Shown: one piece after another, positions 54,380 through 64,000 of the stretch
Numbering within the stretch: position 1 is the first letter of the stretch
Layout: every line of letters begins with the position of its first letter
From: Trichoplax sp. H2
Taxonomy: Eukaryota
Reading direction: 5' to 3'
NCBI GenBank assembly: GCA_003344405.1
Contig: NOWV01000147.1
Location: 1 to 64,000, forward strand
DNA: 64,000 nt
Program-made: the position numbers and the translations under genes
Notes under the pieces: generated by a model
Databases searched by the model: none
What the model saw: the letters and a program-made list of their open reading frames with translations, nothing else
What the model was told of the DNA's origin: nothing

Positions 54380-55160
54380 CCTTAAGCTAATTTTCTGCAG
54401 CAAAAGGATCATGTCGGGAAGGATAATTTCACAATGACTTACCTGAGTAGTCATTATCTACCTCTATATCCGCTTGAGGAGCAAGATTGGTTTCTTGAAG
54501 TCAAAACAAAAAATGTCTAAAATCTCCTTTCCTGTCATTTTAGCCAAAGGAAATAATCAGATCGGAAAGGATAATTTTATAATGAATGTAACTCTGTCGG
54601 TCATTCTACATACGTATAGTATATCGCTATGTCGGATTGAGGAAAGTAAGAGTTATTTCTTGAAGTAAATAAAAAAAATAAAAATCAACATAAAATCTCC
54701 TTTCCTGTAGCTCCAAGAGGAGACATGGTTGATCACTTTAAAGGGGTATCTCCATGTTTCAAATGAGTATTGTAAAATCTTACTCATTGCTGGTAGAATC
54801 AAATCAGGAAGAAAAAGCACTAAATCTGACTCTCTCCGGAGAAGTTATCAAATCAGGAAGGGTAATTTCATAGTCGCTAATAGACGTAGCCATTATTTTA
54901 TATCCGATTTAGCAGAGGAAATGAAATCAAGTAGGTCTTGATATCGAAACAAAAAATCATGAAAACCTTTTTTCCTGTAGTATTCGGAGGAGATAGTGCA
55001 GTTGTTACTTAATTTGACGGTATATTTCTACGTTCTAAACCTGTGCTGTTAAAACTTTGCCATTGCTAACAGTATCAAGCCAATCAGAAAAAGGATTTAG
55101 GTAAACTTTTAATAGTAGAAAATCGTCTGGTCGAGAAGGATAGTTTCATAACCTCACGTA
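54380..55160. repeat. Degenerate intergenic repeat between JmjC paralogs C and D
   Basis: Recurring motifs aaaa(t)c.c.tttcctgt (~54519, 54691, 54962) and atc....g.aagg.taatttca.a (~54408, 54555, 54848, 55125). Confidence 0.6.
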
Positions 55161-56129
55161 GCGAATAAGAAAGTTGTTAAAATCGATATAATTTAATTCA
55201 TGCTTACTTATTATGGCATATCTGATTACGATATGTCTTCTTGTATATGTATAAGTATAGATTAATATCTGCTCATACATCAAGTATATTATAAAAGTTC
55301 TAATTCCCCTGTAATTATCGAGGGCTGAACCAGACTGTACAAGGAACGGAACGATCTAGAGTTCTTCGTGATTAGCAATCATTGTGCAACACCAGCTACT
55401 ACAGATCAATGAATACTTTTACAATTATAAGGTAAGAAATCGCTATTTCCACCTATATTATATTCATTTACGTGCCGTATCCAAAATCCTTTCAATTGTC
55501 AAGATCGATTCATTTCATGACTTATAAATTGCACTATAATTTATGATCTTCTGCTGATACCTTGTAAACCTATGACAAGATCTTGAAGATAAAACTTGAT
55601 CTATTATCATTTATACTGGTTAAAGATGAACTATTTGAGCTTAGCAATCAGGTCAAATCTATCAGAATAAATTCTCAAATCCTAACACTCGGATCAATAC
55701 GTATGACAAGTACTAGAATGCACGTAGATTAACAACTTTTCTGTACAGCTGGCTCGAGTTTAAATTGTTTGAGGTTACTTTCAATTTATTGAATGCACTA
55801 TTAAGAGATGCAAGAGGTAGAAAAATCGAATGCTGATATGGCTGGCTACTCAAAAAGATAGGTACTGATGTAACATTGAATAGTCATACAAACAAATGGA
55901 ATCACTAAGCGACTTTGTATAAGAAAGGATTAAGCAATATTTTAATATGCCTAATATTGATCGCATAATTAAATATAGATGTAGTTATTGATTGAAACAA
56001 TTTTTCTCTTTAAGTTATAATTATAATTGGCAAAAATAATATTAATTGTACGGAAAATTTATCTTATGATTATCGCACATGGACAAGATACAATTATAAG
56101 GAAATAATTAGGAATAATTGAACGTCCAT

Positions 56130-59100
56130 TTATAATTCCTCGTGCATTATTTCTTCACGTTCGTCCACAAATTCAGCTCCATCGCCATTACCTTCATCAT
56201 CGCCCCCATCATCATCATCATTTGATCTCTCTTCCTTATTAACCGGTATGCCGGCTCCGTCATCAATTGGCCTATAATTTTCTTCGTAATGATATTCCAT
56301 TTCATCTTCATCGGGTACCTCTTCACGTTCCTTACGATAAACATAAACATCCTGATAGTCATTAGAGTGCTCGTCTGGCACGCTTTTCTCAAACAGACCC
56401 AGAACTTTCTTTATTTTGGCTGCCTTTTCTGATTTAGTAATTATTCCGTCACTATTTTCATCCAGCTTTTGCAGTAGCTAATTATCCACATATGTAAAAA
56501 TATCAGCAGTGAGTCTGAAGCTAACTGCATATGTGAAACCTTCCACTATGATCGTTTTATAGTCTTTCTAATTTAGTAACATTACAGGCTTACACACTTC
56601 GATATACAATTCAATGTATTGCATGAAATTCGAATTACCTCCTTAGCAATCTTTTCTGATCCATGTATCCTCTCCTAGGGTTAAAAATGTGAATAAATTG
56701 ATGACTATCATGCATTTACCACAAAGAATAAAATTTTAATCGAGATTGATTAAATATGGCAATCATATTACTTTAATCAAATAAGAAATTGTTACCAGGA
56801 AGAATCGCGTAGTCTTATCGAAATTTTAACTGATACGCACTGCAATACCCATTATTATGAAATCTAGATGTCGTTTTGCAAGTATTTAAGATTCTGGTTT
56901 AAAATTACCTTATAAATCTTAATAAACTTTTCACTATTAATTCCACCGTCCCTCCTTGTTGAATGATCGAATGCTTGCCTAGATAATGCGATGGGTTAAA
57001 ATAGGTCAGCACGAAATCGAACACGGTAGATTTCGATTTTGGTTTTACGACCGAATATAAATCTTTTATGATTTTTGAGCTGCAGGATAAATGTTGTTAC
57101 TTACTTAATCATAGCTTGAGAAAATTGAAAATACTCATATTGCAAGGTATTTGATGGATCGGTCTCCAGAGAAGCGATTATTTCTTTATATGCACCTAAA
57201 GGTACAGCTGAAAGTTCTGCTTGAGTAATGTATTTTTTATTCTCAAGTTTCAAGTTCCTTTTTAACTATAGATAATAAATTAAAGAAAACTTGGATTAAT
57301 CACCATTTACGATTTCAAAATATCATGGCAGTGAACTAGTAATCTCCATAAGACCACTTATAGTTCGCTACGATCTAGGATGCTTATCTAGGACTAACCA
57401 AAGAAACGGCCAACTTCGATTTCTCTACATCATCGGGCAACATAGTCTATTAATAACGCCTCTAATTAGCAAAATCATCACTGAAATTAACAATATTCTT
57501 AGGTTCCATATGACCACAGCATATTTTTACCCTCTTAACTCTAGTGATTAATAGTTTAGTTGTGATATTATTCTTCCCCTTAAAGGCTTTCAATATGTTT
57601 TTCCTATGAAAATTAATTCAAGAAAGTAGCTAATCAGCTTCTAATTCAATAACCGAAAATTAATTATAATACAGTAGATGTGCTCTTACGTATTCCGTAC
57701 TTACTATAATAAATTGAAAGATTAGTAACGTTAACTATAGTTAAGTATGCAATTCAGGATTGGTGAAATAAGATTAACTGATAATTAATTTCAAGCTTCA
57801 TGTCACAGCTATCAAAGGTAATGAAAGAAAATCTAACACTTATAACTATTCATAGAGCATTCTTCGACAAAAGCGATCATTGGCCACATTTCACATAAAA
57901 TCTAGAGTTAAGCACTTCTTTAAGCAGTGATATAATTTAAGTTATAACACAGGTATATCATATCAAGTATGATATTCATACCGATAGAAGATAGGCTCAT
58001 TTAATCCCATGGTCAAAGAGCCAACACCATCAAAATCCCAAGCAACTAGTGTATCTTTTAGATTCTTATAGACTGGTTTATCGCAGCCTGTATTATCAAA
58101 TTCCTTATTATGCGTTATAGTGCGGGAGAATAAAAATGACACAGCCATGTTTTTGTTACCAGATGAACGGACATGATGTAAGCTACCTAAAATCTCATTA
58201 AAATGGTGTAAGGTATGACAATTAATGGCATACTACAGCAGCTAAATAAGGTAGTCTGTACTGGAATATTTTAGCTAAACCTATTCCAGCTGTATTTATA
58301 GTATTAATTTCCTTTCATCGATAATGTGCTGAATTATCTGTTGTTGTATCTCACCATAAGGTACATAGAGGCAGTCTCCGGCAGTGACATTGGCGTAATG
58401 ATAGGGGCAATCCTTGAATTTGGGATACTTGATCAAATTGACCCGGTCAACGTCTAAAACAGAATAACCACCTCCAGCCAAACTTGGTTCTCTGGCTAAT
58501 GGAACCATGTGTTCATGTTTGGGATTGAACATTAGCCAATTTTTAGTTCCATTAAGTAGACAGTTGAGAATGTTAGCTATAACCATAAAAGGAAGGAATC
58601 AATGACAAGGCTTAATGCAATAACATATATTAGAGTGAATTATATCAGATTCTATACCGGTTCTATATTTACTGGTTGGAAGGTTCTTTACTATAGTATA
58701 TTCTAAAGTCAACTTTCTAGTTTTAAGGTATGATTTCGATTCGATATTTGTCATAAATATTTATTATTTTAATACTCGTTAATCACAAAGTTTCTCATTA
58801 ATGACGCTTGTAAGCAGTAGTAATTATCAGCATTATAAGAATTTATAAAGTCACTGTAAAAGCCAACTACTGTAAAAACAAAATTAACTATAAAAATCAA
58901 GATGATGACCCAGGATGTAAGTCAAATCTCGGAAAAATAGCTACAAAAATGCTGTCTCTTTTTAGTATGAATACCTTTAAATAGAGTTTAAATTCATAGC
59001 ATACTCTTAAGGTACGATGTAAAGAAAGAAAAGAAATTTATGGTAATCAAAACAAATATATTCTATCTTTCATAACCAATCAAGTTTTTTGTCGGATAGA

Positions 59101-60096
59101 TTTAGTTCTTCAAAATAATTAGCAAGATCAGATTGAATTTGAAATAAGGAATTGAAATCTCTGTAGCAATAGAGAAGCAAGAAGAATTGACTACTTGCCA
59201 AAGATTTTGAGTCAGACGATTGCGAACCTAAAGGGTTATAAAACTCAAGCACTACAACAACATAATTATTTCGAATTCTTTCTAAAGCTAAATAATAGTA
59301 CGAAAATGTCAGAACTTGTTAATTCTAGTTGTAAAGCAGACGAAAACAAATTCATCCGGAGGGCTTCAAAAGTGTAACGTTCTAATTTGAATGTCAGAAT
59401 CATCTTTTTAGAGTCAATGTATAGATCTCAGACTATTAATACGAAGTTTTGGAATGCCTACAAGAACATAGCTATCATCTCACTTAATACCTTAAAAATT
59501 TACTTAATGGGATTGCTTTGTGATAAGAACTTACGAGCATCCTTGTGCAATAAACTCCTAGTGCCACCGCTGCTTAGCCAAAAATTGACTTCAATAATGC
59601 TGTCTTTGAAAAGTCCACACGACATACATGGTGGAATAAGAACATCGCCATACATTGGTTTGGGTAACTGAGAAATTACGTATTTATCGTCTTGGACATA
59701 AGTGTTCATAAAATGCTTAATAGTGTCACGGGCTAGACCCATATCACCAACAGGATTGGGATCTTCCTCAAGTTTTCCTTCAATTTTAAGTGATAGATTA
59801 CCATAAGTATCCGATAAGTAAGAATCAACCCATAATTCTTTAGCAGGAAAACTGCTAGCAGCGCCACGAAGTAAAACTGGACGCCTTTTACTGACATATT
59901 TGGTCCAAAACTCTTTAGCTGACAACGGTTCAGTTATAATATCAACATGGCCTTCAGGATCACGGTGTAATCCAAGTTGTTGTAAATGGCCGCGCGGCGC
60001 CTTTTTGGATTGTTTTTTACCATCACCATGATGGAAAAAGGCTATTGCTAAACATAGAGTAAGAATGATACATTTATTGAGTGTTAGAATCGCCAT
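56130..60096 (-). CDS. ER-luminal JmjC + EF-hand + HEEL protein; paralog D, 9 exons
   Basis: ATG at 60096, signal peptide; GHLQQLGLHRDP, NFWLSSGGTRSLLHKDA|PNILNCLLNGTKNW, GDCLYVPYG|SLHHVRS; EF loop DENSDGIITKSE; ends IMHEEL*. Confidence 0.87.
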
Positions 60097-61985
60097 GTTA
60101 ACATTCAAACACTGTAATGGCAAATAGGTGAACTTGTCCTTAAGTAATTGTTAAATCTTTCTTAGATGTGTATAATAGCAGATTTAAGTTTACAAAGACG
60201 GTTGATACATCTATTGGTGGCGATTAAGGAGATCGTAGTTTTCTTTGTATAATTTTATTCATCTCTATTCTTATTCAGATAATTGACAACTTCTACAGGT
60301 AGCTGTTAGTTCTTCAACCATATTTATTGCCATCCGTTACGATAATTCTATTGCGTAAAGACAATGTAACTATGGACTTATTATTTCGACATGATTTAGT
60401 CCTTGATTGACAGTTATTCATAGCACTTAATTAATGTACATCCCGTGATACATGACGCCAGTCAAATAAACTTCTTAATCAAGTATGAAAGTGCCTGCAG
60501 AAAAGTTTTAAGGTTCAGACTATAAATATTAGCTACGGTACGTACCATTCAACTCAATACCTTTTATTTAGCGGTTTAAGCGAGGATCAAAGTGTGGAAA
60601 TGATTGTCACGTTAATGTAAAAATTAATTATAATGCCTTTAGAAGGTAGGGATGGTGCTAAATTCTGCCGTACTTAAACGTTTGTTAAGTAAAGTTAATA
60701 CAAAAACAGCTAAAAGTTATTTTGAACTCCCCATAAAAAAGCAATTTAACTTATTTCCATTATCAAGATGACTAATATCTAACGGTTATTGCTCATTTAA
60801 TTTTGTTTAAAGGCGCTATACTCTCACTATAACAGTTCTAACCTTGTGGCCTAGTTTAGTACTTCGGTAACAAACTCAGATTTCTAAGATTGGCATGCTG
60901 AATTTCGATTGTAAAGAGACTAGAGATGTACACCTGCAAGTCACTGTAACAACTATTATAAGTTTTTATATCAAGTTCTTGATACAGTAATCCTTAGTTG
61001 ATGGATATCGGCATTGGTAAGCACTTTTATTCAACATGCAGGCCATCATAGCGTAATTCTTTTATTATATGACCAGCTAATTCATCAATATGGATATAAA
61101 ATGCTACGTGCCCTTAGCCTGCTAAATATTTCAATGGTGATATTCCATATTAACTATTCATGATAACTCATTGGTAGTCGTTGTTCTGTATATCTGGTTT
61201 ATGAAACTGACTCGTATTTATTTGCAAACTGGTATAAATATGTAAATAACTAGACAGAATATTCATATGTAGAATTCTGATTTATACTCTGATAATTCTT
61301 TCTGTTGTAAATGAAGTTTATCGTTCAATTTCTACTAGAATGTAAGGGAAGGCACGCTAGCTGTCGTAATAGTATGGCAATAATTTAGATATTGCCGCAA
61401 TATCATATAGATAATATACGGGCATATCATGCTATCTGTGCATCAAAAGGTTGCGTGTCGTACGACCTTTAATTTATTTCTACTACAGTGCAACTTAATA
61501 ATCAAACCTCGACTTTATTCACAAGTGAATACATGTAATACCACAATCCCAACCTTACGGTCTCCTTTTACTTTAAATCAACAATTGAAATTTATCAAAA
61601 CATAATTACGTAGAGTACAGTAATTACGTATTTGTGACTCAATTTTTTATACGTCTACTAGTACTAATCATCTGTCATTCCTAGTTGCAGTAATTTTTAA
61701 TTTTACCGTATATAAGTCTAAAAACTCACTTTTAGGCAAAAATAGCTATTACATATCTCTTTTATTGAAAACATCCTTAATTTGCTTTTCCTGTCAGGTT
61801 AACAACATTGATAAATAATTCGCCTGTGCTCATTTTAATTTAGTAGTATACTAATTGAAAAAGATAAGTACCAGTACTGGCAATACTTAGAGATGTTTAG
61901 CAGCTAAACTAAAAATTAGTTTCACTTAATTAATATTATTATTAACTATAGAAGGTGTGGAATAGTTCAATGTAATTGGTCAAAT

Positions 61986-64000
61986 TTATAATTCATCACG
62001 AGTCGCACCTTTCTGCATATTATTATCGTCTTCTGGACCTCTATCATCGTCTTCTGGACTTCTTTCATCATCTCCGGGACCATCCTCTCCTTCTTCTTCT
62101 TCATCTTCCTCATCACCATTACCTTCATCGTCTCTACCGTCTGCTTCATTTCTTTCTTCGTCGTTTTGATCATTAGGATTTCCACTCTCTCCACGCGGCT
62201 CAAATAGGTGGTACCCGTTTTCTACAGAAATCCCTTTTCCGTCATCCAATCGTATATTTTCATCGCTCTCTGGATCCATCGAATCTTTTTCAGGAACTTC
62301 TGGACGTTCCTTACGATAAACATAGCTATCAGCGTAATCATTAACATGCTCAGGTGGCATATCTTGATCAAAAAGTTTCATTGTTTTCTTATAATTATTT
62401 CTCGTCTCCTCTTTGGTTATGATGCCATCCCCATTGGTATCCATTTTTTGTTTAATCTTATTTTAAAAGTAATAATTAGCGATAATTTTAGGTAAAACTG
62501 TTCAAGTTTACAAAATATCGCTGTAATAGTTACTTGCTTCCATTCGCTAGTCTTTATTATTTAGATAAAATGCATATAAGCGATTATGATTCATTTTATC
62601 TTGTTACGTAATATTACGAATACCTCATTAGCTATCCTTTCAGAACCACCTAATGTTCCCTAGAGTTGAAAATGATCAAACAATTAATTGTCTTAGAATA
62701 GAACAAGAGTTCGCATGAAGTTGCATCTTACCACGTAGGCTTCTGTGAATTTCTTGCCATCAAATATGCCTGATTTACCTATGGCTTTCTTAAATATCGG
62801 TCTTGAAAACAGCAATTAAACAATTTAGAAGATAAATATTAGATTCTATATAGCACAACTTTATACCGTCATATTTATGTGCTGTAATCACTGTGCGAAA
62901 AAACAATATCAGACTAACTGTATATGTTGCTAAGCTATAATTATCCAGTTATATGATAATAAAGAGTAATGTAGCTAAATTGTTCGAGCTTTTATATCAA
63001 CTTGTAATACTTTGACACAATCATCAGCATTATAAGCTTTAATTCAGCACATTTAAGAAACAAAGACACATTACAGTCGATCCCTTAAATTTTTGTAAGA
63101 TTACAGAATATTACTCGAATTTAATTGTATGGAATGGTGCCTAAGAAGATGCCTGATTAAATGCATCTAGAGGTAGTCTATCATAATTTCATCATGAAAC
63201 CAATATTTCATACGAATACTACTGTAAAAGTGAAGTAGTTCACTATGAATTAGATATTATGTCAGAAAATTTAAAAATTTAATTCTAATTATTCTAGGTG
63301 CTAGAATTTTTGAACGTGAAATATCTAATAGAAATGCACACGAATGTTAGATAATTTTCTTTTCAGTACAAATATTTAATCTAATTTATCGAATTTTATT
63401 CGATAGCTTGTACGTAATGTTTATTGAAAGATTTCTATAACTGTAACTTACGAGACTTCACTTCGTGTAAATTGACGATATTCATATTGCAAAGTATTTG
63501 CTGGATCCATTTCATTGAATATAATCATATTTTTCCATGACTGCATAGGTAAAGCCTTGATATCATCAACTGATATGGTTTCCTTATCATCAGTTATTTG
63601 CAAGCTATCTTTGTACTAAAGATAAAATATAGAATCAAATTATTGCTTTGGGCTTGCCCAAGTAGATTCAGTACAGAAAATTCATTCTTAAAATTTCAAG
63701 CATGAACATTTATTTTCTTTCTGCTCTTAGTTACAACGTACTATTTTATATCCTTTTTGATACTTCTCTCCTTCAAATTCACCAAGATAATCCTTTAAAG
63801 TAGAAGATATATTAAATATAGGCAAGATAACATCAAGATTATTTATGACTATCATACGCTTTCAACTAATATGATGAGATTAATTCAAATATGTAGTAAG
63901 CTATAATGCAGAAAATAGTTGCATACCCTGACAACATGCTTCAGTAGTTTTTTTGCGGGTAGAATCGACTTCTTTGCTTTTTTAAAAATATGTAGGAAGC
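61986..64000 (-). CDS. 3' part of JmjC/EF-hand family paralog E ending RDEL (5' exons beyond the window)
   Basis: Exons homologous to the 3' exons of A-D (DPANTLQYEYRQF, GTLGGSERIANE microexon), EF loop DTNGDGIITKEE, YVYRKER motif shared with D, acidic tail ending ATRDEL*. The JmjC exons are not in the window. Confidence 0.8.

Noticed and set aside
59070-59450. LRR-like peptide (FEELNLSDKKL) inside intron 1 of JmjC paralog D
   Set aside because: A single short motif without repeat periodicity or clear exon structure; may be chance or an unrecognisable relic.

Overview
AT-rich eukaryotic (animal) genomic DNA with short GT-AG introns. Composition and gene content suggest an early-branching metazoan such as the placozoan Trichoplax; this is an inference. 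From left to right: (1) a minus-strand tandem array of four two-exon paralogs (three intact, one pseudogene) encoding signal-peptide proteins with two tandem prolyl-hydroxylase-like 2OG-Fe(II) oxygenase domains, the N-terminal one lacking its first iron His and the C-terminal one complete; (2) a degenerate ~150-bp tandem repeat; (3) a multi-exon CFAP74 ciliary gene with a perfect RFX X-box upstream; (4) intronless cathepsin A-like serine carboxypeptidase and FAX/metaxin-GST-like genes; (5) at least five nine-exon-type paralogs encoding signal peptide + JmjC (cupin-8) + EF-hand + acidic tail + KDEL-like ER-retrieval signal (HDEL, LDEL, RDEL, HEEL, RDEL). One of the five is an intact gene that has lost both metal His residues and the 2OG Lys. 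The most notable feature is two independently expanded families of secretory-pathway 2OG oxygenases in one 64-kb neighbourhood. No rRNA, tRNA, CRISPR array or intact transposon was recognised.
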